Assembly (NCBI GenBank): GCA_041572575.1
Contig: JBFFSH010000017.1
Span: 1-43,324, forward strand
Direction of reading: 5' to 3'
Source: Thermodesulfobacteriota bacterium
GTDB lineage: Bacteria; Desulfobacterota_D; UBA1144; Nemesobacterales; N074bin48
Length of the DNA stretch: 43,324 nucleotides
Part shown: positions 31,259 to 41,077 of the stretch, piece after piece
Layout: each line of letters opens with the position of its first letter
Numbering within the stretch: the stretch's first letter is position 1
Notes under the pieces: generated by a model
Told to the model about the DNA's origin: nothing
Seen by the model: only the letters and a program-made list of their open reading frames with translations
Database searches by the model: none
Translations under genes and position numbers: made by a program

Positions 31259-32470
31259 TCATTCATATCTAAGTGCTTCAATGGGATTTAGCTTTGAAGC
31301 TTTTTTTGCAGGGTAGTATCCAAAGAAAACACCTACAATTGCTGAAAACAAGAACGCTATTAGTATAGCACTTGTAGATACAAAGGTCTGCAGGTTTGTA
31401 ACCGAGCTTGCTATTTTCAGAATTCCAATTCCTAGCAGTATGCCAGCCGTACCGCCGATGATTGAAAGTAATAGAGCTTCAATAACAAAATGAATCATTA
31501 TATCTTTTTGCTTTGCGCCCACTGCCATCCTGATTCCAATCTCTTTTGTCCTTTCTATAACCGACACGAGCATGATGTTCATAATACCAATTCCACCTAC
31601 AATAAGGGATATGGATGCTATGCTTCCAAGCAAAATTGTCATGATTCTTGATACAGTGAGAATTCTGTCGATTACAAAGAGCTGGGTTTTAATATGAAAT
31701 CCGTTTACCTGATTTTTATTTACATTATGGCGCTCTCTTAGAAGCCTTGTCACCTGCTGTTCAGCTATTGGTATATCCTGCGGGGTTCTCACAGACGCGG
31801 ATATGTTTTCAATTTCCTGTGAACCTATAATCTTTTTATGATATGAAGTGTAGGGAATAATTACAGCATCGTCCTGATCCCTGCCGCTGCTTGTCTGTCC
31901 GATTGTGCTTAGTACACCTAAAACTTCATAGTTGGTGTTTAGTATCTTTATTCTCTGTCCAACCGGATTTATAAATCCAAACAGCCTGTTTGCAACGGTC
32001 TTTCCAATAAGACATACATTCTCACTGTTTAGTACGTCTTTATCCGTAAAAAGGTTACCCTCTATGGGGAACCAGTTGTTTACATAAAAGAAGTCCACGG
32101 ATGCTCCCACTATTGCAGAGAGATGGGAAGTGTCTTTAAACTTTACATACTGTGCATCATCGGAAACAGGCGAGGCGCTTTCAATAATATTTAGATTTTT
32201 AATTGCCTGTACGTCACCTATACTAAAATCAATCTTAAAATCCTCATTTACTTTACCACTTTTTGTCCTCGTACCTTTGTTTATGATTAACGATTTCCCT
32301 CCAAGGCTCAAAAACTGTGTTTCTACTAAAATTTTTGCGCTATTGGTTATTGATACGGATAGTATTACGGCGGCTACGCCAATAATTATTCCTATCGAAG
32401 TAAGCGTAGACCTAAGCTTGTTTTTTGTAAGCTGCCCAAAGGAGTTTCTGATTAAGGATTTTAGATTCAT
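31259..32470 (-). CDS. MacB-like ABC permease
   Basis: LRS.LT..GIIIGV, SLIVGGIGIMNIMLVSV.ERTKEIGIRMAVGA, PIEALRYE. Confidence 0.93.
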   Translation of the reverse strand: MNLKSLIRNSFGQLTKNKLRSTLTSIGIIIGVAAVILSVSITNSAKILVETQFLSLGGKSLIINKGTRTKSGKVNEDFKIDFSIGDVQAIKNLNIIESASPVSDDAQYVKFKDTSHLSAIVGASVDFFYVNNWFPIEGNLFTDKDVLNSENVCLIGKTVANRLFGFINPVGQRIKILNTNYEVLGVLSTIGQTSSGRDQDDAVIIPYTSYHKKIIGSQEIENISASVRTPQDIPIAEQQVTRLLRERHNVNKNQVNGFHIKTQLFVIDRILTVSRIMTILLGSIASISLIVGGIGIMNIMLVSVIERTKEIGIRMAVGAKQKDIMIHFVIEALLLSIIGGTAGILLGIGILKIASSVTNLQTFVSTSAILIAFLFSAIVGVFFGYYPAKKASKLNPIEALRYE

Positions 32471-32514
32471 TTAGTTAACTGTTCTCTTTATAAATGTTTT
32501 GTATATGCTGACTA

Positions 32515-33183
32515 TTATACTATCTGTCCGTCTCTTATTCTTATCGTTTTTTTGGTTATTGCCGCTACTTCATCCTCATGGGTAATCATGACTATTGTCT
32601 TGCCGCTATTGTTAAGATCAGTTAGGATTTTTAAGACATCTTCACTCGTAGCACTGTCGAGGTTTCCTGTTGGCTCGTCAGCAAGAATAATTGAGGGATT
32701 GTTTACTATGGCTCTTGCGATTGCTACCCTTTGCTGCTGACCTCCGGAAAGCTGTGCAGGGGTATGGTCTATCCTGTCTGAAAGACCAACCTTATCAAGC
32801 GACTGCAGCGCTCTATCCCTTATTTCTTTTTGATTATTAGATGAATATATAATAGGCAGCTCAACATTTTCAAGAGCGCTTGTCCTGGGGATTAGATTGA
32901 AATTCTGGAAAATAAATCCTATCCTTGAGTTTCTTATCTCTGCAAGTGAGTCACTGTCAAGCTTTGATATATCGGTTCCATCCAGAAGGTACTGTCCTGA
33001 AGTGGGTATATCAAGACAGCCTATAATATTCATAAGTGTACTCTTTCCCGAGCCTGATGGACCCATGATAGACAGGAAATCACCTTGTTCTACTATAAGG
33101 TCTATTCCCCTAAGCACTTTAACCTCTACGTCTCCTAAGAGGTAATCCTTATAGAGTTTTTTTATTTCAATTACTTTATTCAA
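32515..33183 (-). CDS. ABC ATP-binding protein (MacB/LolD type)
   Basis: GPSGSGKST, LSGGQQQRVAIARA, LADEPTGNLD. Confidence 0.94.
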   Translation of the reverse strand: MNKVIEIKKLYKDYLLGDVEVKVLRGIDLIVEQGDFLSIMGPSGSGKSTLMNIIGCLDIPTSGQYLLDGTDISKLDSDSLAEIRNSRIGFIFQNFNLIPRTSALENVELPIIYSSNNQKEIRDRALQSLDKVGLSDRIDHTPAQLSGGQQQRVAIARAIVNNPSIILADEPTGNLDSATSEDVLKILTDLNNSGKTIVMITHEDEVAAITKKTIRIRDGQIV

Positions 33184-33205
33184 GGCAGATTTTTTTTTTT
33201 AAAGT

Positions 33206-34366
33206 CTAGAATCTTTTAACGCCGGGTACGCTTATCTGTCCCGAGGAGTCAGTTGATTTGGTGCCGAAAACAGCGAGTACAACTATTTCATCATCTTTTT
33301 TTATTTCTCCACCTGTGATTTCTACATGCGTATCGTTTTTGGTGCCGGTAGTGATTATTATAGGCTTTAGTTTGCCTCCTCTGGCTTTGACCCATAGTAT
33401 TTCGTCATCCTGGGAATATTTGGCATTATTTACTATGTACTCGTTTGATGGTGGAATAAACCTGAGCGCAGAACGGTCTGCTATTAAGACATTATTTTTG
33501 CTTCCAACCAGAATTTCTACGCTTGCGGTCATGCCGGGTTTTAGTTTTTTGTCTATGTTTTCAAACTCTATCAAAACATCATAGCTTACAAGATTGTTAA
33601 CCGTAATGGGCTCGCTTATGATTTGCGTAATCTGCCCTGAATATATTTGGTCCGGGTAAGCGTCTGTTGTAAATTCGCAATTATTGCCTTCTTTGACTTT
33701 ACCTATATCTATTTCATTTACTGAAGCTATAACCACCATTTTATCAAGATTATTAGCAACTGTGAAAAGAGGCGGGCCAACCTTGTTTTTAGCTACAGAC
33801 TGACCTTCAACTATGTTCTTCCCTATAATTGATCCCTCTATTGGAGACTGAAGCTTTGTGTTGGCAAGGTCTGTTTTTGCCTGCTCGAGATTTACCTGTG
33901 CCTGCTCCCTTGATGCAAGGGCGGAGGAGTATTGAACCTTTGAGTTTTTAAGTTCCTCCGAGGATATAAGGTTTTTGTTATATAGGGTTTTATTTGAAAA
34001 ATATATGTTCCTGGACAACTCAAAATCAGCATTTGCCTTTGCAAGGTTTGCTCTTGCTTCACTTAGCTTTAATTCAAAATCAGTAGGGTCAATTGTTGCA
34101 AGAATCTGATCTTTTTTTACTTTAGAATTATAATCAACGAGAACCTCATTTACTATGCCTGTAACCTCTGCCGATATTTCGGCTTTTCTTGTGGGTTCTA
34201 TTTTCCCCGTGGCCTGAATATAGCTTTTTATATCACCTACTTGTACTCTCGTAGTCCTAAAGCTGGGTTTGTCATCGTCTTTTCCCATAAGCATGAAAAG
34301 AGCAATTACTGCTATTACAACTGCTGCCAGTCTGTATTTATTTTTTGCTAGATTTTGGATATTCAT
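33206..34366 (-). CDS. MacA-like periplasmic adaptor
   Basis: N-terminal TM, ATGKIEP, VDYNS.VKK.Q.LA.ID, SPI.G, LKPGMTA. Confidence 0.92.
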   Translation of the reverse strand: MNIQNLAKNKYRLAAVVIAVIALFMLMGKDDDKPSFRTTRVQVGDIKSYIQATGKIEPTRKAEISAEVTGIVNEVLVDYNSKVKKDQILATIDPTDFELKLSEARANLAKANADFELSRNIYFSNKTLYNKNLISSEELKNSKVQYSSALASREQAQVNLEQAKTDLANTKLQSPIEGSIIGKNIVEGQSVAKNKVGPPLFTVANNLDKMVVIASVNEIDIGKVKEGNNCEFTTDAYPDQIYSGQITQIISEPITVNNLVSYDVLIEFENIDKKLKPGMTASVEILVGSKNNVLIADRSALRFIPPSNEYIVNNAKYSQDDEILWVKARGGKLKPIIITTGTKNDTHVEITGGEIKKDDEIVVLAVFGTKSTDSSGQISVPGVKRF

Positions 34367-35631
34367 TTTGTCTGTTTAATTTCGTCTCCATCTTTATCAA
34401 TGTTTGTGAGCGGCTCGCCTGTTGCCCATTCGAGCTTTGCAAGCGCTACCTTATAATTATATATAGATGCTAGATTATCGGTTTTAGATCTTGAATATAA
34501 TGATTTAGCTTCAAGAACGTCTATCATGGACTTCCTTCCTGCTTTATATAACTCCTTCGTAAGCTCCATTGTCTGCTCTGCTGATATTAGTCCATCTGTC
34601 GTTACCCCTATTTTTTCTCTTGCGTATTTAATATCCAGGTAGAGTCTTTTTATATTCATTATAGTGTTGCGCTTAAATATTTCTATTTCAGTCATGATTT
34701 TTCTAAGTGATGCCCGCGATTCATCCACCTCAGCAACTTTGGCAAAACCCTGAAACAGTGGGAAATTAAGGCCGATACCAGCTATAAAATCAGGTCCAGT
34801 TGCTCCGTCACCGTCAAACCTGTAGGCAGCCCTTGCAACGACTTTGGGGTAATGATCCCTTTCTGCGGCTTTTAGTGAAGAACGAACTGAAGATTCATCG
34901 CTAATGAGGCTTTTTAGTTCAGGCCTGTTTTTTAGCGCTATTTTAGTAAGCTCTTTTAGGTTCCAGTCATATGGCTCATAGTCTGATTCATCTTCTAAAT
35001 CAAAATTAAATTCTCCATCCAACGCAAGCAGGTTCATGAAATTTGCTTTTGATAATTCAAACTCTTTTTCAGAGTTTAGCAGGTTTAATTTTGCATGACC
35101 TATATCAACTTTTGCCTTTGTAAGATCAAGTCTGGACTTTCTTCCAAGCTGTACAAAATTTTCTGTCTGTTCGAGTTTCTTTTCAAATTCTTCAACCTCA
35201 TACCTGTTGGTTTCATATATGTTCTGATTAATGAGAAGATTGTAATACGCAATCTTGGTATTTAGTATTACATCGTTTACAGTTGCATTTCTCTGGTGTC
35301 TTGAAGACCGAAGTGATGCACTGCTTGCTTTTACAAGACTCGGTGTACGCCAGAAATCCCAGAGTAACTGATCGGCAAATACTCCAGACTCTCTTTCAAC
35401 AAACGGAAGAATAAACCTGAATCTTATCTGAGGGTAAAGGGGGGATTTGGATTTTTTGTGCCTGGCAGACATTATGTTCACGTCTTCATCAGACACTTTG
35501 ATATTGAGATTGTTTTCTACAGCGATTTTAATCGATCTATCAAGGTTCAATATCTGAGAGCCTTGCTCACCAAAAACTCTAAAGGTACATATAAAAAATA
35601 GTAAGAATATTGCCGAATATAATCTGCTCAT
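34363..35631 (-). CDS. TolC-family outer membrane protein (ATG at 35631 preferred)
   Basis: Signal peptide, two OEP repeats (AVENN, ALKNRPEL, PLFQG, YKAG..S.IDVL.A); first gene of the exporter operon. Confidence 0.88.
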   Translation of the reverse strand: MSRLYSAIFLLFFICTFRVFGEQGSQILNLDRSIKIAVENNLNIKVSDEDVNIMSARHKKSKSPLYPQIRFRFILPFVERESGVFADQLLWDFWRTPSLVKASSASLRSSRHQRNATVNDVILNTKIAYYNLLINQNIYETNRYEVEEFEKKLEQTENFVQLGRKSRLDLTKAKVDIGHAKLNLLNSEKEFELSKANFMNLLALDGEFNFDLEDESDYEPYDWNLKELTKIALKNRPELKSLISDESSVRSSLKAAERDHYPKVVARAAYRFDGDGATGPDFIAGIGLNFPLFQGFAKVAEVDESRASLRKIMTEIEIFKRNTIMNIKRLYLDIKYAREKIGVTTDGLISAEQTMELTKELYKAGRKSMIDVLEAKSLYSRSKTDNLASIYNYKVALAKLEWATGEPLTNIDKDGDEIKQTK

Positions 35632-35677
35632 GTCATTAAGATAGTTTAAACAATAAATATGACTCAAATTGTTTTAC

Positions 35678-35705
35678 TTGCAACTAAATCTGTTTCTAAT
35701 ACAAT
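35678..35705 (+). promoter_or_regulatory. Putative promoter giving leaderless hemW mRNA
   Basis: TTGCAA-16 nt-TACAAT-6 nt-ATG, no SD. Confidence 0.55.
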
Positions 35706-35711
35706 CTTAAT

Positions 35712-36872
35712 ATGAATTTAGCGCTTTATATACATATACCGTATTGTATTACCAAATGTCCATACTGTGATTTTAATTCCTATGGAGTAGGTGCAGATGT
35801 GCCTGAAGACCTTTATACAGATACACTCATAAAGGAACTGTTTATACATAAGGACCTCCTTGCTAAATTTAATATCAGCTCTATATTTTTTGGGGGAGGA
35901 ACACCTTCACTCTTTTCGGCACAAAATCTCGAGAAAATATTAAACACTGTCTCATCGCTGACTAAATTTACCGAAAATACTGAAATCACCGTAGAGGTTA
36001 ATCCAAAGACTGCAGATATTGATAAATTTAAGAGTTTTAGGGATATTGGAATAAACAGGCTGAGTATTGGTATACAGTCCTTTTCAATGAGAAAATTAAA
36101 TTTTCTGGGCAGACTCGCAAGCCCAGCTGATAATAGACAGTGTATAGAGCAGGTTATTAGCTCTGGAATGGAAAATTTCAATGTTGACCTTATGTATGGC
36201 ACTACCGCTGAATCTTATACAGAGTGGGAGGATGATCTACTGATTGCTACAGAGTACAAGCCCAATCATATTTCTGCTTACTGTCTTACAATAGAAAACG
36301 GAACTGAATTTAAAAAGAGATTTGAAAGAGGCGATCTTGTATTGCCAAAAGATGATGTGCTTGCGGAGATGATAGATTTTACTACAGGTTATTTGGAGGA
36401 TAAGGGCTATAACCAGTATGAAATTTCAAACTACTCAAAACCTGGATTTGAGTGTTTGCACAACAAGTTTTACTGGCAGGGAAAGGACTATCTGGGAATA
36501 GGAGCAGGGGCTCATTCTCATTTGAGAAGCGATGATAGCTCGGACTGGGGAAAGAGATGGTCAAATGTGAGGTATCCCGGCAGATATATTGACTTACTTC
36601 GCGGTGGTAAATCTTCAGTTGATAGTACCGAGTCGCTTACAAGAATACAGGCGTTTGAGGATGATCTTATGATGGGTATAAGGCTTATGGGTGGGCTTGA
36701 TCTAGATAGATTGAACAGGAGATATAATATTAGTTTTAATTTGCAGGACTGTGATTATCTGTTTTCTCAAAGTCTGATTACACAATCTGAAAATAGTATA
36801 AGCCTTAGTAAAAAGGGAGTACTTGTTTCTGATTATATAATTTCAAGACTCGTGGACAGCGCTCAGTTTTAG
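35712..36872 (+). CDS. hemW: Radical SAM heme chaperone HemW
   Basis: LYIHIPYCITKCPYCDF, FFGGGTPS, YEISNY, HN..YW, YLGIGAGAHS. Confidence 0.92.
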   Translation: MNLALYIHIPYCITKCPYCDFNSYGVGADVPEDLYTDTLIKELFIHKDLLAKFNISSIFFGGGTPSLFSAQNLEKILNTVSSLTKFTENTEITVEVNPKTADIDKFKSFRDIGINRLSIGIQSFSMRKLNFLGRLASPADNRQCIEQVISSGMENFNVDLMYGTTAESYTEWEDDLLIATEYKPNHISAYCLTIENGTEFKKRFERGDLVLPKDDVLAEMIDFTTGYLEDKGYNQYEISNYSKPGFECLHNKFYWQGKDYLGIGAGAHSHLRSDDSSDWGKRWSNVRYPGRYIDLLRGGKSSVDSTESLTRIQAFEDDLMMGIRLMGGLDLDRLNRRYNISFNLQDCDYLFSQSLITQSENSISLSKKGVLVSDYIISRLVDSAQF

Positions 36873-36880
36873 AAACCACC

Positions 36881-37333
36881 TTATTCTGTACTTCGCTGCA
36901 CTTTTATTCTTTCACTGCCTGTATCAAGATAATATTTTTCATTTTCAGTCTCAAGCATTTTCATGATTTCATAATAAGCGGCTCTGCAAAAGCGGGCATC
37001 AAACCTGCCATCCTTAACTTTTACATAAGGGATATTCGAGGCGTTTAGATAAATAGTGTCCGATCCCAGTTTTTCCTGAGTCTCATCATTTAATATCAGA
37101 TAAAGCCCATCTGATCTGAGATCTATATTTTTTATGACAAACGGGGTGTCCTCTACCTCTATATATACTCTGCCACGGCCTTCATCTATAAAATAAACGC
37201 CTTCATCGTCGATATCCACAAGCTTGTTGTTGTAAAGATAAGTCCATCTATGCAGCACCGGCAGTCCATCCTGAAACCAGTTGCCTTCTTTATCTATGAA
37301 TATCCGTGGTTTTTTAGAATTCTTCTGATTCAC
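36881..37333 (-). CDS. DUF1285-like protein
   Basis: IDKEGNWFQDG, IEVEDTPF, PYVKV....ARF.R.AYY. Confidence 0.75.
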   Translation of the reverse strand: MNQKNSKKPRIFIDKEGNWFQDGLPVLHRWTYLYNNKLVDIDDEGVYFIDEGRGRVYIEVEDTPFVIKNIDLRSDGLYLILNDETQEKLGSDTIYLNASNIPYVKVKDGRFDARFCRAAYYEIMKMLETENEKYYLDTGSERIKVQRSTE

Positions 37334-37399
37334 CTGTTAGAGAAACACTGAGTGTTGTTGATATATATTTTTAAGTTTAGAGAATGCAGAAGAATTGAC

Positions 37400-37843
37400 T
37401 TAAGAATTTGTATTCTGCTTAATAAATGTGGTTTTCTCTTCTCTAATGATCTTGAGATTATGCTCTGCTTTTAAAATATAGTTTTCAAGATCGACAATTT
37501 TTTTAGCTGGAACATTTTTTTGCTTTTTTAGACTTATAAGCTCTTTACTCTTAACTGCGATAACCTTTTCAAGCTTGGATTCGGCTTCTAGAATTAATCT
37601 GAGTTTTTCTTTGTCGGGACCATCCAGTGTTTCATTTAATTTAGCAATTGCCTGAGCTTCTGATTCATTTGTTTGTTTTCCGGATATCTTATTATCTTTT
37701 ATCTGTTCATAAGGTACTTCTGCAGGATTATTAGAATAATTATCTACCCCTTCTTTTTCCCAGTGATATATTCTCTGAGAATAAGATGTAGAAGTTAATG
37801 CGAATAATGTTGTTATTGTTATTGCCAGTATATATTTCATCAT
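37400..37843 (-). CDS. Secreted hypothetical protein, DUF4124-like N-terminus plus coiled coil (ATG at 37843 preferred)
   Basis: Signal peptide MMKYILAITITTLFALTSTSYS, then IYHWEKEGVDNYSNNP. Confidence 0.62.
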   Translation of the reverse strand: MMKYILAITITTLFALTSTSYSQRIYHWEKEGVDNYSNNPAEVPYEQIKDNKISGKQTNESEAQAIAKLNETLDGPDKEKLRLILEAESKLEKVIAVKSKELISLKKQKNVPAKKIVDLENYILKAEHNLKIIREEKTTFIKQNTNS

Positions 37844-37956
37844 CTTTTTATTATAAAACGTTGTTTGTATTTTGCCAAATCGATTTATAAAATTATTTAT
37901 ATTAATTAAACTATAATAAATCCTGATTTGTTTCAAAATATTCATAATCTCAGTAG

Positions 37957-37984
37957 TTGAAAGATTTAAGTCCTATGTTATCAT
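37957..37984 (+). promoter_or_regulatory. Putative sigma70 promoter of sucD
   Basis: TTGAAA-16 nt-TATCAT with extended TGn. Confidence 0.45.
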
Positions 37985-38027
37985 TCCAGCCGTTTTAATA
38001 TAATTTTCACCAATAAAGAGGAGATTT

Positions 38028-38894
38028 ATGAGCATTCTTATTAATAGTGATACAAGACTTATAGTTCAGGGAATTACAGGCAGCGCAGGGCTTTTTCATG
38101 CAACACAGTGCAGAGACTATGGAACTAATGTAGTAGGCGGTGTAACACCCGGCAAGGGAGGCACCGAGGTCGAAGGATTTACGGTGTTCGATACCGTGGA
38201 TGAAGCCGTAAGGAAGGTTGATGCCAATACTTCTCTAATATTTGTTCCTGCCCCATTTGCAATGGACGCTATAATTGAGGCTGTAGACGCAGGAGTTGAG
38301 CTTGTAATCTGTATTACAGAGGGTGTTCCCACTTTGGATATGGTAAAGGTGAAAAAATATATGGAAGGCAAAACCGCAAGACTCATAGGTCCAAATTGCC
38401 CTGGAGTAATCACTCCGGGACAGGCAAAGGCAGGGATCATGCCGGGATATATTCATAAGCCGGGCAGGGTAGGCATTATCTCCAAGAGCGGAACATTAAC
38501 CTATGAGGCTGTATGGCAGCTTACAGAGCTTGGAATTGGTCAGTCCACTTGTGTGGGCATTGGCGGAGATCCTATCATAGGCTCGACTTTTATAGATATA
38601 CTTACACTTTTCGAAAAAGATAAAAAAACAGATGCTGTAATTATGATCGGTGAGATTGGCGGAAATGCTGAAGAAGAGGCAGCAGCATTTATTAAAGATA
38701 ATTTCACAAAACCAGTAGCCGCTTTTATTGCAGGCGCAACGGCTCCAAAAGGAAAGAGAATGGGCCATGCTGGAGCAATAATTTCTGGAAGTTCAGGAAT
38801 GGCAGAGGACAAGATCAGCGCACTTGAAGCTGCCGGAGTAAAGGTCTCACCAAGCCCTGCCGAGATGGGTGAAACACTAAAGAGTATACTCTAA
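38028..38894 (+). CDS. sucD: Succinyl-CoA ligase alpha subunit
   Basis: [38 protein letters not shown]. Confidence 0.96.
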   Translation: MSILINSDTRLIVQGITGSAGLFHATQCRDYGTNVVGGVTPGKGGTEVEGFTVFDTVDEAVRKVDANTSLIFVPAPFAMDAIIEAVDAGVELVICITEGVPTLDMVKVKKYMEGKTARLIGPNCPGVITPGQAKAGIMPGYIHKPGRVGIISKSGTLTYEAVWQLTELGIGQSTCVGIGGDPIIGSTFIDILTLFEKDKKTDAVIMIGEIGGNAEEEAAAFIKDNFTKPVAAFIAGATAPKGKRMGHAGAIISGSSGMAEDKISALEAAGVKVSPSPAEMGETLKSIL

Positions 38895-39070
38895 GGATTA
38901 GATTCAAGGCTTATTGCTTCATCAATAAGCATATTCGGTATATCTTCTTTTATTTCATAGAGCAGATTGCACTGTTTGCAAATTAAGCCAGATTCATCTT
39001 CTTTTAACTCCAGTTCACCCTTGCACTTTGGGCAGGCAAGTATATCCAGAAGTGTTTTATCTATTCCCAT
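38891..39070 (-). CDS. Trm112/YcaR (UPF0434) family protein, 59 aa (below ORF cutoff)
   Basis: [59 protein letters not shown]. Confidence 0.93.
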   Translation of the reverse strand: MGIDKTLLDILACPKCKGELELKEDESGLICKQCNLLYEIKEDIPNMLIDEAISLESNP

Positions 39071-39095
39071 AATTTTAATTATCCTATATGAATAT

Positions 39096-40046
39096 TCAGG
39101 TTAATAAATCTATATTTTCCTTTATCCATTCATATTCGTTTTTTAAGCCTGTTTTAATATCAAATCCGGGCACATATTTAAGTTCTTTTTTGGACAGTGA
39201 AATATCGGCCTGAGTTTGCCGCACATCCCCTTTTTGAGTTTGCTGATAGTTAATATCTAGCTTATTGCCGGAAATATGTTCAATTAATTCCAATACCTTA
39301 TTAATCGATATATTGCTCCCTCCACCAATGTTATATATACTTCCGTTTTTACCATTATCCAATGCCAGCATGTTTGCATTCACTACGTCATCAATATAAG
39401 TAAAGTCCCTGATCTGCTCGCCGTCACCATAGATATCGATCTGCTTGTTCTGCAGGGCCGACTTCATGAATATATGAAAAGCCATATCGGGTCTTTGCCT
39501 CGGGCCGTAAACGGTAAAATACCGGAGAGAAACCGTGGGAAGGCCATAGTTTGCATGATATGTATTAACCAGGTTTTCGCCTGCAAGCTTGGTGACACCA
39601 TAAGGCGAAACAGGTTTTGTGAGAGTAGAAATCCTAAGAGGCATCTCGTCTGCATTGCCATAAACTGAAGAAGACGAAGCATAAATAAATTTCTTGAGCC
39701 CTGAATCTTTAAAGCTCTCAAGCAGATGCTGGGTGGCCATTATATTGTTTTCAGTATAATCCCTGAAGTTCTTGCCCCAGCTCGATCTTACACCTGCAGT
39801 GGCAGCCTGATGAAATATGGCTTGTATCTCACTGTATTTACCACCAAAATCGATATCCAGGATATTGGAATTAATAAATTTAAAGTTTTTATTCTTTAGC
39901 AACCCTGAAATATTACTGTTTTTAATCTTTACATCATAATTGTCATTAACCGAATCTATTCCAATTACAGAAAATCCTTGGGATATTAGTTTTTCTGTTA
40001 AAGTAGAACCAATAAACCCCGCTGCCCCAGTTACAATAACTTTCAT
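39096..40046 (-). CDS. NAD-dependent epimerase/dehydratase (extended SDR; start MKVIVTG at 40046)
   Basis: TGAAGFIG, ASSSSVYG, PYGVTK, LRYFTVYGPRQRPDMA, RDFTY. Confidence 0.92.
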   Translation of the reverse strand: MKVIVTGAAGFIGSTLTEKLISQGFSVIGIDSVNDNYDVKIKNSNISGLLKNKNFKFINSNILDIDFGGKYSEIQAIFHQAATAGVRSSWGKNFRDYTENNIMATQHLLESFKDSGLKKFIYASSSSVYGNADEMPLRISTLTKPVSPYGVTKLAGENLVNTYHANYGLPTVSLRYFTVYGPRQRPDMAFHIFMKSALQNKQIDIYGDGEQIRDFTYIDDVVNANMLALDNGKNGSIYNIGGGSNISINKVLELIEHISGNKLDINYQQTQKGDVRQTQADISLSKKELKYVPGFDIKTGLKNEYEWIKENIDLLT

Positions 40047-40126
40047 AATTTTTTGTACCTTTAGATTATTAAATCCTGAATATATATAGTTTTTGTTAAT
40101 AATCAATGTAAATTAGGTTTACACAG

Positions 40127-41077
40127 ATGAAGATATTGCTAATCAGAAGAGGGGCTTTGGGTGATACAATCGTTACTCTTCCACTTATTCAAACACTCAA
40201 TGAGAAATTTAGGAATTGCCATATCGAGGTTATCGGGGAAAAGAGCTATTGGTCACTGATATACCCTGACTATATAAACAAAATTACCGCTTCGGACAGT
40301 AAGTACATAAATTCTCTTTATTTAGAACAAAGCCTGGATGAAGAGATTGTACAGTATTATAAAGAATTCGATCTCATCTTCGGTTTTTTATTAGACAGAG
40401 AAGGTACGGTAAAAAGGCATTTTAAGGATATGGATATATCCAATTATAGCTTTAAAGAACCATTTACAGAGAAAGTAGGTGAGCATATAGTGCAATATAC
40501 AACGAGCATACTGGATGAAGCGGGTATATCCTATGATGACAACAAAGCTCCAAAAATTGATATTGAAAGATCAGGTGTAGTTTATGCAGAGAAGTTGTTT
40601 AATGAGTTAGGATGTAACGAAAAATTAATCTCCATCCATCCCAGAACGTATGGCATTAAGGGGCTAACTCTGGATAAATTTATAGAGCTTGGCAGGTGGG
40701 TGGAAGATGAACTAAGTGGAATTCCAATCTGGATATTGGGCCCTGTAGAGCAAGATATAAGAGAAGAGCTTGAGTCCTGTTTCAATAGAGATACTGTAAT
40801 ATCTGAAAATGACCTAAGAAAAGTAGCCGCCATAATTTCAGCTACTGATTTTTATGTGGGATGTGATACCGGCATAACTCATCTTGCAGCTGCAGCAGGG
40901 GTAAACACTATCTCTATATTCGGGCCCACAAATCCTGATATATGGGGGTCACTTGGTAATAATGTAAAAATCATCAAGACCGATAATCTGGACACATTTG
41001 ATAACGGGATTGTAAAACAGCTGATTATAAATAATATTAATAGTGGAATTACTAAAAGGGAAATAATACAAGCATGA
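40127..41077 (+). CDS. Glycosyltransferase family 9 (heptosyltransferase-like)
   Basis: IRRGALGD, VGCDTGITHLAAA, IFGPTNP..W. Confidence 0.88.
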   Translation: MKILLIRRGALGDTIVTLPLIQTLNEKFRNCHIEVIGEKSYWSLIYPDYINKITASDSKYINSLYLEQSLDEEIVQYYKEFDLIFGFLLDREGTVKRHFKDMDISNYSFKEPFTEKVGEHIVQYTTSILDEAGISYDDNKAPKIDIERSGVVYAEKLFNELGCNEKLISIHPRTYGIKGLTLDKFIELGRWVEDELSGIPIWILGPVEQDIREELESCFNRDTVISENDLRKVAAIISATDFYVGCDTGITHLAAAAGVNTISIFGPTNPDIWGSLGNNVKIIKTDNLDTFDNGIVKQLIINNINSGITKREIIQA

